Of a DNA stretch of 64,000 nt, positions 11,350 through 25,104 are shown piece after piece. Both the position numbers and the translations under genes were made by a program. Source of the stretch: Mobula hypostoma (taxonomy: Eukaryota). The stretch is taken from positions 149,420,001 through 149,484,000 of the forward strand of contig NC_086104.1 of NCBI RefSeq assembly GCF_963921235.1. Direction: 5' to 3'. The first letter of the stretch is position 1; every line of letters begins with the position of its first letter. The notes under the pieces were generated by a model. That model worked only from the letters and a program-made list of their open reading frames with translations. It had not been told where the DNA came from and did no database searches.

Positions 11350-14300
11350 ATTAAACACAAGCAGATGTTTATTGCACAAATCAGAGCAAGCTAAGGAATG
11401 GAAGACAACCACAGTTCAATACTTATACATCAGAGTACGCTGCAACAGTCAGATGAAGGAAGGCAACACACAAAAATTGCCATTAACAAATAGCCTGGCC
11501 AACATCACAGAAGCACTACATTTTTAGATAAAAGATATATATTTTTTTCTCATCAAAAATTAATTTTTAGAAACTTTTTCTCACCTTTTGAAACAAGTGA
11601 GTCCCCACTACCTATTTTTAATTCTGCAATTCGTGACTACAGTGGAAAATACCTGAGATTGCTACACAGTAAAATCATAAGAAATTAAAGGTGATGAAAG
11701 GACCCTTGCAGATACGACTGTACTTCCAGAACAGATACTTAAACTCAAAATCCAGTAATGAGTCCAAGTTTAGGTGGGTGTGTCTGTGTGCATACATACA
11801 TATCATTAAATTCCATGCTTCTGTATTCCAATCAAACCTGTGTTAATAAAATATAAAGTGTTCTATCATGCATATAGAATATAGATATTTATATATAAAA
11901 CTGCATATAGCCTGGTGCACTAGGACAACATATTTCACACGACCCCACAACTAGTAATAACAATCACCCATTCCTAAAGAACTCAACACAGATATTATCA
12001 CAAGCATATGTTCACGGGTCCTGCAACTTTAAACATTATGAATTATAATCGAAAGGAAGGTTTGCGACACAGGTTTATACAAGGAGAAAGGAGCAAGGGA
12101 TAATGGATGAACATACTAAGAGATAGCCACTAAAGTTAAATATACTCTGGACAAAACACCTGTGCTGAAGGCCACTATATTACGGCAGAGGGCAGTTAAA
12201 GCAGTCATCTGGTGTACAGAAAGCATGCATGCAAACACTGACCAGCCTCCTGATTTCCCATTCCGCAAATTTTATGGGGGGGGGGCAGCTGGGTGGAATG
12301 GAATGGAGTGGAAATGTTGGAGAGGGGAGCCTGGTTCTGGAACATTCCATGGCAGTCTCCGCACACACCACGGGGGTGGATAGAACGAGGAGGCTTTGCA
12401 ACTGGTCGTTGCTCCAGCATTCCCTCCCTCCTGCCCAACCCATACTCAACAGTGAGCTCGGTCTCCCAACCCAGAGACAGCGCAGCACTGGCCGTTGCGC
12501 AGTTCAGCATCCAACACTGAGATCTCAAGCACATTCCTCCCAAAAAAAAGCACAAACTGACTGCTTGGGTATCCATATCAGCTGCTCCCAATCTGAATGA
12601 GGAGGACACAGACCTGCTGCACCACAGGGCAGGGACGGTATGGGCAGTCTCCTCAGTGGATCGACCCCCACAGCATTTATCCCCAGACAGAAAAATCAGC
12701 ATTTTTAATGTCTCTGCAGTCCTACGTGGTGCAAGCAGAACGGAAAGAGTCTTGAGTAGGCTGAGAATCTGCTCGAAACAAAAATAATGTGTGTGGGGGG
12801 GGAGGGGGAATGAGTGCGAAAAGATGGAGAAAACCAGATTTTTCCCTCTGTTATCAGTTTGCCACACTGTGGGACTGATGGAACCCCGATGAGATAAAAT
12901 AAAATTACTGCTGTTCTATAGTTGCCTTCATTTTCTTGCCCACCCAACTCTCCACATTTTCCATGTGGTACGAAGGCTTTGCAATTGCAAAAAAAAAGGG
13001 GGGGGGGTGAAAAATCACAGAACACTGAACAGGCAGTTGATTAATCCAGTCACCCACTACCAACGTGTCACCGTGCACCACGTTCCATTTCTGCCCAGCA
13101 ACATTCTGTTCACATCAGGATGCAACCACACAGTCAGCATGGTGGACAATGTCCAATCTGCCTTGTCCAGGCTGTGCATTCGTCTTCTTACTCGACAAAT
13201 CCATGCATCAACTTGGAACGAGTCCAGAAACCAGGAGGGCAGGAGGATAGCATTAAAGGCTGGTGTTCCAGATTGTTCTACAATTGAGAAAACAATTTGC
13301 CGTCCAGTGTCTTGGAAACATTCCCCAATAATAAAAGTTTAGAGCCGTGGAGCCACTGGTTGGTAGAGTGAACAAGGCTACGCCAGGGTAGTTTGCAGTC
13401 AGATGTTGATGTACTTATGAGAATATGACATCCATTGTATCCAATTATCGATGAAGGATGGAAAGTTAACAGTGAACTCCAGCCAGTCTCATTCATTTTG
13501 TGTTCATCTCCTGGGTATGGGTCTCCCTCCTAAATCACAGCAATTAGAGTGTAACTCAGCAACACTTAGTAGAAGGTATCTATACCAAAACAAAGTATCG
13601 TTGCTGCATCGATTACTGTACAAGCGGCTAAGAACAAGCAGATTATTGATTCAGGTTCCAGCACAGCAGGTGTGTCTAAAGCAACATCGTAGTTCCATCT
13701 GACAGCGTGCATGCATCATCCAGCTCCTGAATTCTCATTCTTGTAGCCAATCCTTTCAGCTGTCCTGCATTTGCAGCACTGATTTACCAAGCAATCTTCA
13801 GCTTCAGTTGCTGAAGTCTTCAAATTCAGTCCTTTCAATCTCATTTAGCATACAAATTCATTTAGACCTCATTGCACTTTTTAAAAAAAATCTGCAGAGT
13901 ATGGCTCATGTTCAGAAATATCAGCGCAAATGCCATCATAAAGGGGCAAGTTACTGACATGCCAGTTTAAAAACCCATTGGACCTCCAAGTGCAGGGAAC
14001 AATCACCCAAGAAAACAATATGCTTATTCTTTTTTTTTTTGGAGTCACTCACCTTGCATGTTGCCTACCCAGTTTTCAGCAAAGCATGGTGGAATAATGA
14101 CAAATGCAATGAAGCCTTTAATCAGTCTACTATTGATACAAGGGTGTTCAGATTGGTCTTAAAAGGGAATTCATGAAATTGGTCACAATTTCTTACAATG
14201 CTCACCACTAAGATGAAATTCTTTATTTGGACAGTTCACTCTTGTTGAGCACACTAGGTTTGTTTCCAATGTACCTGTAAACCAAACAACCTAGTCTATA

Positions 14301-14455
14301 CAAGAACGATTCATACACAGTGAGGTCAGGTTAATAGTTTACTAGCAACAAGGGATCTCATTGTCCAGCTCTCCTGGTGAATCAGTGTGGTAAAATTATT
14401 TGAAATTATACTCCTGACAGTGATTGGTGGACTTCTCTTTTGGTGTCCTCAACTT
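11350..14455 (-). other. BAG4: Probable 3' UTR of the BAG4-like gene (about 3.1 kb)
   Basis: Stretch with no recognisable repeats after the stop codon; minus-strand AATAAA at 14222-14227 (proximal) and 11368-11373 (distal, followed by GU/U-rich sequence). Confidence 0.6.
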
Positions 14456-14953
14456 CTACCTTGCAATCTTCTCCAGTTTCTCCAGCACGCCCTGAATCTT
14501 GTGGACAGCCTCTTTACGAATCTGCCGTATGTGCTCTTGACCATTAGTTTCCACCGAATCCACTTCCAGAAGCTGCTTTGTCAGGAGTTCCTCCAGTAAG
14601 CGGTAAGTCTTGTCTCCTCTCTTCCCATCAAACTGATTCACCTCTGCCTCTAGCTGCTGTACGTTGCTCATGACTTGTTCTACTTTAGCTTGGCCTGGGT
14701 GCATGACAATGTCAGCCTGCTCCGTCCCATTGTTTGTGGCGCCAGCGGGCTTCTCTGCAGCACCCTTGTTTTCTGTGCGGGACTTGTACACAGTAGGGGG
14801 AGCACTGTATTCCATCCGTGGGCCTTGGGAAGTGTTTGGCAGCTGGTCTGGGGTTCGGGTTGGGAGGTAGCCCGTGGGCTGCTGGTCATTCCCTGGGAAG
14901 TTGTTGTTCAGGCGAGGCAGGGGGTCTTGGTGGTTTAGTGAATATGGAACATC
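14456..14953 (-). CDS. BAG4: BAG4-like exon 5 (last coding exon, BAG domain)
   Basis: Acceptor TTTTTAG|GAT; DVPYSLNHQD...MEYSAPPTVY...HPGQAKVEQV...RLLEELLTKQLLEVDSVETNGQEHIRQIRKEAVHKIQGVLEKLEKIAR*. The DSVETxGQ..RKEAV motif and the stop directly after the domain match BAG4 rather than BAG3. Confidence 0.95.
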   Translation of the reverse strand, partial: DVPYSLNHQDPLPRLNNNFPGNDQQPTGYLPTRTPDQLPNTSQGPRMEYSAPPTVYKSRTENKGAAEKPAGATNNGTEQADIVMHPGQAKVEQVMSNVQQLEAEVNQFDGKRGDKTYRLLEELLTKQLLEVDSVETNGQEHIRQIRKEAVHKIQGVLEKLEKIAR

Positions 14954-15174
14954 CTAAAAATAAAGTAACAGTCAGAACCACTTTAACACACCTAACACCT
15001 GAATAAATACAATTTAGCTCTTAAGAAATGGATTTCAAAGTTCAAAGTAAGTTTACCATTGAAGTATGTATATGTCACTAAATACAACCCTGAGATTCAT
15101 TTTCTTGCAGGTATTCATAGTAGAACAAAGAAATACAATTGATTCAATGAAAAACTACACAGAGTGACAAACAA

Positions 15175-15475
15175 AAAGGCAGCATCCATCATTAAGGACA
15201 TGCCCTCTTCTCATTGCTACAAGAGCTTGAAGGCACACATTCAATGATTCAGGAACAGCTTCTTCCCCTCTGCCATCTGATTTCTGAATGGACATTGAAC
15301 CCATGAACACTACCTACTCTTTTTAATTTCTATTTTTGCACTACCTATTTAATTCAACTATTTAATATATATAACTGTAATTCACATTTTTTCTATTATA
15401 TACTGCATTGAACTGCTGCTGCAAAGACAACAAGTTTCACAACACATGCCAGTGATATTAAACCTGATTCTGATA
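15175..15475 (+). mobile_element. Rex/L2-type LINE 3' end (family ending gccagtgatattaaacctgattctga)
   Basis: FRNSFFPSAI-coding 3' end with a shared tail. Other copies at about 24635-24975(-), 26200-27095(+), 38825-39415(+), 39675-40445(+) and 43505-44790(-). Confidence 0.75.
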
Positions 15476-16659
15476 CAACCAATGTGCAAAAGATATCCTG
15501 CGCAAATATAAAAAAAATTATAAGTAACAGTTGTGTCCTTGAAAGTGAATCCATAAGTTATGGAATCAGTTTACTTATTCTATTTGGAGATGCAGCACGG
15601 CAACAGGTTCTTCTGGTCCAGTGAGCCTGTGCTGCCCAATTAATCCCACGTGGCCAATTATCCTACTGACCTGTACGTTATTGGACTGTGGGAGGAAACC
15701 GGAACACATGGGAAAAACCCATGCGGTCAAAGGGAGAATGTACAAACAGCGGCGGGAATTGAACCTGGGTCACTGGCGATGTAATAGCGTTATGTTAACC
15801 ATTACACTCCCGTGCTGCCCTTAAATGACATTTTATGTCCATGGTTTATCAGTCCTGAAGAAGGGTCTTGGCCCGAAACATTGACCCTTTAGTCGGAATC
15901 AGAATCAGGTTTAATATCACTGGCATATGTCATGAAATTTGTTGCTCTGCTACTGCAGTACATTGCAATACATAATAAAAAACTGTAAATGATAGTAAGT
16001 AAATATAGTTTAGTTCATTAGTTTGAGATACAGCTCCTTTACAGGTCTTTCCAGCCTAACAAGCCCATGCCACCCAATTATACCCACGTGACCAATTAAC
16101 CTACTAAATCCTACGTCTTTGGAATTTCAGGATTGTTATTGGTGCTTTGTGAATTTTATTTTGCTATTAGGTTTATCTAGAAGGCTTCCAGTGGCTGAAG
16201 AAATCTGAAGCTGATGTTAAATGGGCTGGATTAGGGCAATTGTGTCTGTATTTCAGGGGTAGAACTTCCATTGCGAAAGATGTCAGCACATATTACACTG
16301 GAATCTCATCCAAAAACCACCTCATGACAAACCTCTTGTGCAGACTTGTCTTTGAATTTTCAGAGCACATGGATTAAGAGCAGTAGTCACTCTGCCCTTG
16401 AATTTGTTCTGCCATTTCATAATCCCATGGAAACAGAACTCGGAGGGTAACACAAGATGAAGGTTTGACCTGAAACATTTACCGCCCACTTCCTTCCCCA
16501 GATGCTGCTTAACCTGTGGAGTTCCTGCAGCAGCTTGTTCCTCTGAAGAGGGCTTGATAGTGTAGGTGTAGAATTGATGACTGTTATGATTGGGATGTCC
16601 AGAAACAAGGACTTAAAATATGGATTAGCCATTCTAACCAGAGATAAGTAGTTATTCAT

Positions 16660-16841
16660 AAGCACAAGAAAGTCTGCATATGCTGGAAATCTAAAGCAAC
16701 ACATGAACTCAGCAGGTCAGGCAAAATCTATGAAAATGAAAAAAATAGTCGACGTTTCAGGCCGAGACTGTTCGACTGCTTATTCATTTCCATAGATGCT
16801 GCCTGGCCTGCTGAGCTCCTCCAGCATTTTGTGTGTGTTTC
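16660..16841. mobile_element. Palindromic Penelope-derived mini-element
   Basis: Two inverted copies of the PLE 3' terminal unit; flanked by ATAAGTAG(T/A)TATTCAT at 16644-16659 and 16842-16857. Confidence 0.8.
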
Positions 16842-17371
16842 ATAAGTAGATATTCATTAGGACAGGAATAAATGTGTGAAACTCTCTACCAAAGAGAGCT
16901 GTAGAGCTATATATTCAAGACAAAGCACAATGTGTAATTGGGTTTAAAAGATTTGGATCCAAAGGTTCCTGCGGGAAAGAAGGGTTGATATAAAATATCA
17001 GCTATAGCCTTACTGAAGGGAAGACAGACACAAACAAGTGAATAGCCTATTCCTGCTTCTACTTCTTAGGTTCTTAAAAACAGTACTGGAAGAAAATGAG
17101 AGAAGGAACTCAGAGGACAACAGCTTTCAATGATTAAGGAACAGATACTGGGATGGACACTTGCTTTTTGTTCTCAGATTCTTCAAGCCTTGAAGCAAAT
17201 TTCTCCCACATCTGATGGGAAGATGCAGAGATCGTTATCATTTCACCAAAATTTGTGTGTCATTTCTATGGTGAATCATTTTCCTTGAGAACATAGAACA
17301 TGATAGTACAGTTCAGGCAATTTGGCTCACGAGGTTGGCCGACCTTTTAACCTACTCCGATATCAATCTAT

Positions 17372-17452
17372 CCAAGGTTTCCCAACCATTTTTTATGTCA
17401 TGGACCCCTACCATTATCCGAGGGGTCCATGGACCCCAGGTTGGGCATACCT
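17372..17452. mobile_element. About 80-bp MITE, probably hAT-type
   Basis: Terminal inverted repeats resembling CAGGGGTTCCCAACC; a second copy lies at about 42183-42253. Confidence 0.65.
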
Positions 17453-18286
17453 GACCTAACCCTTCCCTCACGTAGCCTTCGATTTTTCTATCATATATTG
17501 CATATCGAAGAGCCTCTTGAATGTCCTTAATGCATCTGCCTCTCCCATCACCCAACAGAGCATCCCACACATTTAACACAGTGTAACAAAAACCTATGTC
17601 TGACATCCCCCCTATACTTTCCTCTAATCGCTTTAAAATTCTATCCACTTGTATTAGCCAAGTGTATTAAAGCTTATTTATCACATGTACATCAAAACAC
17701 GCAGTGAAATGCATTTTTTGTGTTGACAATCAACACAGTTGAACATGTGCTGGGGGCAGGTTGCAAGTGTTGCCACACATTCCAGTGCCAGGAAAGCTAC
17801 AATGCCCACAATGTTCAGCAGAACAACACAGAACAAAACGAGCAACAAAACAGTATTTGCAAAACAAGCGCCATACCTCCCTCCCACCCACATACCTACA
17901 TACACTGTCTGTTAACTTCTGACTTCTTCAACTAGTGGTCCCCAAAGGACTTGGACTCAGGTTTGCAGAAGCCATCTATTCCCTGGGAAAGTCTCTAGCT
18001 ATCTACTTGATCTATACCTTTTATCATCTTATACACCTCTCATTCTCCTTCGCTCCAAAAAGCCCTGGCTCACTCAACCTATCCTCACAAGGCATGGTCT
18101 CCAATCCAGGCAACATCCTGGTAAATCTCCTGCGTACTCTCTAAGACCTCCGCATTCTTCCTATAATGAGCCTTTACCAATTCTATCAGAAAAAAAGCAA
18201 AACCCACAAGCTCTCCCTGTACACAACTCATTTAAAGCCACATCTCCACCAACCTGTTTTTGTGCAAGGGCCCTGTATTTACTTAC

Positions 18287-18622
18287 CTTTTGTTCATAAA
18301 CAGATGGTGATGGACTGAGTCTTGGCCAGCTGGGTGTTGGTCCGGAAACAACGTTACCCCCGAAAGCCGACATCGGATGACTGAACTGCTCTGCAGATGA
18401 CTGCAGTCCCGGAACTCGGACTTGGGCCCAGGGGTCATGGGACGGTACTCCTGCTGTGGGAAGAGCGGACGCCTGCATCGAAGGTTGCCAGGGCTGGGAC
18501 TGTGGGCCGGGCGCAGGCTGATGTGGAGAAGGATATAGGGGCTGTTGAGGGGCAGAACCTGGGTTTCCAAAGTGATACTGAGATGACGTTACTGGGTATG
18601 GAGACTGTTGATCATACAGTTC
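18287..18622 (-). CDS. BAG4: BAG4-like exon 4 (Pro/Ser/Gln-rich, 112 codons)
   Basis: Acceptor TTTCTCACTAAATAG|GAA, donor AAG|GTAAGT, open phase 0-0: ELYDQQSPYP...HDPWAQ...PSWPRLSPSPSVYEQK. Confidence 0.9.
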
Positions 18623-19669
18623 CTATTTAGTGAGAAACAAAATGCAGGTGGTTTATTACCAAAAGTTAAGCTTACAGCCAAAGCTTAACAGCATAAATAA
18701 CATTCAAATTATTCGTTAGCAATCAACCCATGCAAACCATGCAAGTAAGTCATTCAAACCAGTTGCCAGAACAGTATTTAGGTACTTTACCTACTGTATA
18801 GATTAAGGATTAATTTTATTTGTCACATGTATATCAAAACAGTGAAATATGTCATTTACATCAGATCAACATGTGTTGCGCTGGGCAGCCCACGTGCCAA
18901 GTGTCACCATGCTTCTGGAGCCAACAGAGTATGGCCATAACTCACCAACCCTAACTGTGTGTCTTTGGAACGTGGGAGGAAACTAACATCTGGAGGGAAC
19001 CCACATGGTTATGGGGAGAACATGCAAACTCCTTACAGGCAACAGTGGAATTGAACCCGGGTCACCTGCGTGTAATATTGCTATGTTAGCCACTACACTA
19101 TCATGCCGCCCCCCCCAGGCTACTGTGGATTAAAGAGGCAGCATAACATAGAACACTTCAAAGAGACAAAAAGAGTTAAAGTGATAGGAAACAAAAATAC
19201 GATGAACACAGATCGATACTTGTGACTTGTAGTGACCTTCCGTCAAAAGAAGCGGCAAGCAAAAAGCTGCAGTTGCTGAGAATCTGAAATAAAACAAATG
19301 CCAGTCATCTGTGGAAAGAAAACGTGAACATTTCAGGTTTGAAGGACCATTCAGAAAGGGTTAGATTTGATTCTTATATTATCTGAAGCAAGGAAAGGAA
19401 ATCAGCATGAACCATGTTGCGGCTATTCCATGGTAACTATGTAGAAACTGGGCAAGCCTTTCCAGAGAGTAAAAGTGCACCACTTTTCCTCTTACCAAGC
19501 AGCCATCACAATGACCTGCTCTCATGAGGCTTCCCAGTTACAGATTTCTAAACTTTTGTGCAAACAAGCACACAGGCAGCAGAAAGTTGTCTCTTTGAAG
19601 TATTTCATGTTATCTGCACAAGAATGAGTTAAGCAAATTTGAGGTAAAAACAGAAAATACTCAAAACAC

Positions 19670-20220
19670 TGATTTGGAATATTGTGTGCAGTTTTGGTCA
19701 CCTACCTACAGGAAAGTTGTAAATAAGGTTGAAAGAATAGAGAGAAAATTTACAAGGACATTGCCATGTCTGAAGGATTCAAGTAATAAGAAAAGGCCAG
19801 ATACCTTAGGACTGTATTCCTTAGAACATCGGCAATTGAGAGGAGATTTCATAAAGGTATACAAAACTATGAGGGGTATAGATGGAGTAAATGCGAGGGG
19901 GATTTTTCCACTGAGGTTGGGTGAGACTACAACCAGATGTCATGTCTTAAGGGTGAAAGGTGAAAAGTTTAGCAGAACACAAGGGAAACTTCTTCACTTA
20001 GTGGGTCGTGAGAGTGTGGAATTTGTTGCCAGTGCAAGCTGTCTGTGTGAGCTCAATTTCAACACTTAAGAGAAATTTTGATGGGTACATGGATAGTAGG
20101 GATATGGAGGGCTATGATCCCGGTTCAGGTCATTGGAGTAGGCAGTTTAAATGGTTTTCAGCATGGACTCGATGGGCCAAAGGGTCTGTTTATATGATGT
20201 CCTTCTCCATGACTATGACT
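19670..20220 (+). mobile_element. CR1 LINE 3' fragment
   Basis: EYCVQFWSP...LGLYSLE..LRGD motifs; (ATGACT)n tail. Confidence 0.88.
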
Positions 20221-20771
20221 TTCAGCGGGTCAGATAGAATCTGCTTCAAGTAAAGATCCGTCTTTCCCAGTGAGAATGAAGGGTCGCAGCACTTAACATC
20301 AGCACTTCCCAAACACTATGTTAAGGATCAAGGATTGACTTTACATGCTACATACATGTATTAGGAATATGCTGTGCAGTGTGGGCATGGCATGCATCAA
20401 AAATCAATTCAACAAAGAATAAAGAACTATATGAAAAGTAAATTTAGAGGTTAAAGTACAGATATGGAATAAAATATGCATGAATATCAGCATTATTTAC
20501 AATGTAAACAGCATTTTATAAGGAATGGTTTCAAGTGTTTATTCTGCAGTGACTGAGATAATAATGGGGGGGGGGGGGAACTAGCTAGGGGGGGAATGGC
20601 TGTCTGACCTTAAGTGTTTCCAGTATTTTCTGTTTCAGATTTCCAGCATCTACAGTCTTCTGAGATGCATAAAAAGATTCAAGTCTCACACACTGCACTA
20701 TGCTGTCACCCGTTTCCATTACTCTGTGGCCACATGCCATATTTTAAACATCATCCATTCTTAACACCCAC

Positions 20772-21095
20772 CCGCTGTCCTTGGGCTGGTGGATAAGACT
20801 GATGAGCAGGCGCCTGTGACCTCGCCAGCAGCCCCTGGCTGGGTGGGCCGGTTTGTGAGTGAGCCCACTGTGCAGAGGAAGCATTCCCATTGGACGGAGG
20901 CCTCGGCAGCCCTGCTTGCTGGGTAGGGTGCTGCTGGTGCGGAGGGTGCTGGCGGTAGGTCTGCTGTTGGTGACTTTCGCTCGGTATCGGATCACCCCGC
21001 ATGTTCTCACTTGGCCCTGGAGGATACCAAGAGTTCCCCTGGACGGGTCGCGGAGATGATGCTCGTCCAGAGGAAAACACACCATTGACTAAGCC
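20772..21095 (-). CDS. BAG4: BAG4-like exon 3 (108 codons)
   Basis: Acceptor CCTTATTTCAG|GGC, donor CGG|GTGGGT, open phase 0-0: GLVNGVFSSG...WYPPGP...HQSYPPAQGQR. Confidence 0.87.
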
Positions 21096-21677
21096 CTGAA
21101 ATAAGGTAGTATTTATAGATTATATATATTCATATATTCAGAATCACATATTCAGAATTATATATTCAGGAGCGCATTCACTCCTATCATTGAAAATGGC
21201 ATCAATGCAGAGGAATACATTTAATAAAGAAAAGTAACAATCTGCAGTTACTACACTTTACACATTAGAACCTATGCCATGACCTCGCTGAGTTCCAGCC
21301 TATTGAGATCTCCACATGGTATCCTGCAATTGTAAAGCATTGCCCTTTGTGAGCTCACGAGCCACAGCCTGTTATCAGTCAACAGGCATCACACCTCACT
21401 GGCAGAGCTGGAGACCGCTGGGAAAGCTGGAGGCCCACTGCAAGTCCATTGGAGGATTGTCCCATCATTGGAGAACTGCCTATGTAGGTGGGAGGAAGGG
21501 AGATAGGATACGAGCAGGATTATGCCATATGAGCCCTTCAAGTCTGCTTTGCCATTCCATCATGGCTGAATTATTATCCCTCTCAAATCCATTCTCCTGC
21601 CTTCTCCCTTGTAACCTTTGACACCCTTACTAATCAAGAACCTATCAATCTCTGCTTTGAATATATCCGATTCCACA

Positions 21678-22285
21678 TGTAGGGTTTTCAGTAATATTAA
21701 CTGTAATGTTAACTGTTAAATGCTAATAATAAAATGGCTTCTCTGTAGTGTTATAATGAAATGGCTTCTCTGTAATGTTAACTGATGAGGTAATGTTCTT
21801 TGTAGCTGAAATGTTTGGGTTATAATTATAGATAACAGGGAACTAACAAATGTTATTCTACCTGTATGTGTGGGAACCTGAGGGAGTGCGGGGGAGAGGA
21901 GAGGCGAAGAGGAAGGACATGCGGGAAGCGATCTGGTAGACCACCGTGGTTGGTCCCAGTCCGAGGGTCGAGGAGTTCAGAGGAGATCGAATGGTGGAGA
22001 GAAGACCTCTGTTTCTTGAGCTCCAAGAATTGTGCACGAACTGATTAACTCTGATAAGTGTGGCGCCTTTTTCTTTTATATCTGTTTCCCTACTAACCAC
22101 ATAGTCACAGTAGGATTTACAAAGTGTAATCATTTAATCGTACATTGTGTACTGTCTGATGTTTTATGTTGTGGGGTTTGTCCCGGGGTGCATTACACAG
22201 CATCTATGCAAATGTGAGACTCAGTTTGGCGGGCAGACAGCGATTTCCCCTAGATGAACAGGAGTTCATAAAGCTGTGTGTTACA
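21678..22285. mobile_element. Solo LTR inserted into a minus-strand CR1 3' end (about 21500-22490)
   Basis: TGTAG...TTACA termini with a 4-bp duplication CACA (21674-21677 and 22286-22289); the CR1 sequence resumes seamlessly after it. Confidence 0.75.
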
Positions 22286-23909
22286 CACAGATTCACCACT
22301 CTCATGTGAATTCCTCCTCATCTCTATTCTAAAGGGGCATCCTACTATTCTGAGGCTGTGCCCTCTGGTTCTAGTCTTCCCCCAAACATCCTTCCACATC
22401 CACTGTGCCTAGACCTTTTAATATTCAGCAGGTCTCAATGAGATCTCCTCTCATTCTTTTAAAATGCAATGAGTATAGGCTCAGAGCTTAAAAATAAACA
22501 TTTATCCTTAGTTTGTGCTGATTGTTAACCCAATCAATGTTTTTCACTCTATGTTTCAGTGTACATTTGATAAATAAATGATTCTGAATCTAAAAGGTGG
22601 GAAACAGATAACGTGTGGACTTGGCCTGGATTCTGAGAACATGGACGAAGATAGAAAAGTAGAGTGAACAAGGCGGAGGGAAGAATGTGAAAGGTGCTTT
22701 GAAAACCAAGGTGTTAAGAGATATTAGGAATAGCTGGATTTGTAGGATTAGTCACCTTTCTGGGGGTGGGGGGGCAGGGTAAACGTCCCTTCTGCGTGGA
22801 CACTGCACGATCATCATTCTAAGAAACAGCTTAATGCAGGAGACGGAAAAGGATTTGAACGGTACTTTGGGTGAGCTGAAGTGAAGACTCACAGGCTTGT
22901 GTGAGGGAGAGGATGACAGGGTCGGGAGTCTGGATCAGCGTTGAGATCAGAAACCATCCATTTCTGCTCAAAACAACAGGCGAGAGAAATGGGATCATTG
23001 ACAAGGCTGATGTGGAAAGTGGCAGCAACTCTGATTCTAGTTGTTGGGAAGTAACCCTTTCACACATTCCCTTGTTCCAGTGTTTCAGATGTGCACTGCA
23101 GATCCCAAACAACATGTTCGGGTGTCCTCCTCAGTCATCAACCTCTTTCATGTCCACCCCCCCACCATCTCTGCCTCCATCCATCTGTCACTGTCTCCCT
23201 GCACCCCTTCCCTACCTGGCACAATCTTATTCTCAAATCTACCATTCACCTTGTACTCCTTTCTCACCACTCCCCTTGTCTTTATACTGGCCATCTTCAC
23301 CTCTCCACTCTCAGTCCTGAGGCAATGTTTCCACCCGAAGTGTCAACAGTTCCTTTCCTCCCACACAGATTCAGCTTGACCCGCTGGAGGTTGTTTCTCT
23401 GGATTCCAGCATCTGCAGCCCCTCTTGTCTCCAGGGTGTTCAGCCCAGCCAACTCAGCCAATTACAGATTGAGTGGCATTTACCAAGCGACTACTACCAC
23501 TGCTCTCATCACCGGCACATTCAGCTTCCAAACAAAGGATTAGAGAACAGTCCCAGCTTTACAATTTGATTGAATTGTTCCTGAGGGTGCAACCACCATG
23601 TGGACTGATCATCATCTGTTCATCTCGAGAACGAATCATCGAAGTGCAGCAGAACAAAGGTCACACTAGTCACTTCCTTTACTTGGCTCAGCCCTTTTGA
23701 TGCAAAGTTTCCACCCAATAAACTGCTTCACAGTCCTGACTCTCCAAAGAGCACATCAGCACTGCCCGGAGACTGTGGCTCTGGGCTGTCCTGTGATGAT
23801 TTTCCAAGCAAACAGACAAAAATAGTCAGCAACACCAAGCCACAAGATACTCGTGTACAAACAGTAAAGCTGTTGGGACAGGAAAATCTTGACACACTAT
23901 TCAAAATTA

Positions 23910-24385
23910 CAAAATTTTATAAATTCTTAGTTAGGCCACATCTGGAGTGTTGCATACAGTTCTGGCCACCCCAGTACAGGAAGGATATTGAGGCTTTGGA
24001 AAGGGTGCTGAAGAGGTTTATCAGGATGCTGCCTGGTTTAGAGGGCACGTGCTATCATGAGAGGCTGAACAAACTTAAGTTGTCTTCTCTGGAACGGCAG
24101 AGGCTGAGGGGAGATCTGATAGAGGTTTATAATATTATGAGAGGCAGAGATAGAGTAGGTAGGGAATATCCGTTTCCCAGGTTTGAAATGTCTAATACCA
24201 GAGGGCTTGCATTGAAGGTGAGAGGGGTTAGGTTCAAAGGGATGTGAGGGCTAAGTTTTACTTTTACTCACTCAAGAATGGAGGATTCCTGGATTGCACT
24301 GCCTGGTACAGTAGTACAGGCAAATACATTAGACTTTAAAGAGATGAATGTGAGGAACGGCTTCCTCCTGCGCTGTACTGTTCTA
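23910..24385 (+). mobile_element. CR1 LINE 3' fragment
   Basis: LVRPHLECCIQFWPPQYRKDIEALERV...RLRGDLIEVY. Confidence 0.88.
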
Positions 24386-25104
24386 ATTCCAGATTTTGTA
24401 ACGTGCCCAAAAAGCAGGCCATGTTCAAAAACACACTTGTGGTACAGGAATAAAGCGGCCCCCTTCTTCTCCAGGGAACTCAACTCAACCAGTAAATGAG
24501 GGAGAAGAGTAACAAATTAGCAACCAGATTATTCTAATTCTGTCCTCAGTCTCCAGTGTCTGTCCAACCATGGTGACAACTCACCAACCAACATTGGTGA
24601 CTGTCGGCCCAGAGCACTGACCGAAAGAACGTTTATCAGAATCATAATCAGGTTTAATATCACTGGTATATGTCATGAAATTTGTTGTTATGCAGCAGCA
24701 GTACAATGCAATATATGAAAAATAAAAACTGTAAAATACAGGAAATATATATTTTAAAAAGTTAAATAAGTTTTGCGAAGAGAAAAAAAGTAGTGAGGTA
24801 ATGTTCATGGGTTCAATGTCCATTCAGAAATCGCATGGCAGAGGAGAAGAAGCTGTTCGTGAATCGTTGAGTGTGTTTCTTCAGGCTCCTGTGTCTCCTC
24901 CCTGATGGTAGCAATGAGAACAAAGTCTGACCTGGGTGATGGGGGTCCTCAATGAATGGACGCTGCCTTTTTGAGCAGTTCACTGTTTTGCATCAAGTTA
25001 ACAGGTTTCAAAGGTTAAAGATTAGTTTCATTTGTCACACCTACAACAAAACAAACAGTGTAGTATGCCATTTGCATCAAATCAAATCAACAAGGATTTT
25101 TTTT

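Noticed and set aside
12162-13702. Cluster of 60-220-aa ORFs
   Set aside because: They overlap on both strands, show no domains and lie within the probable BAG4 3' UTR.
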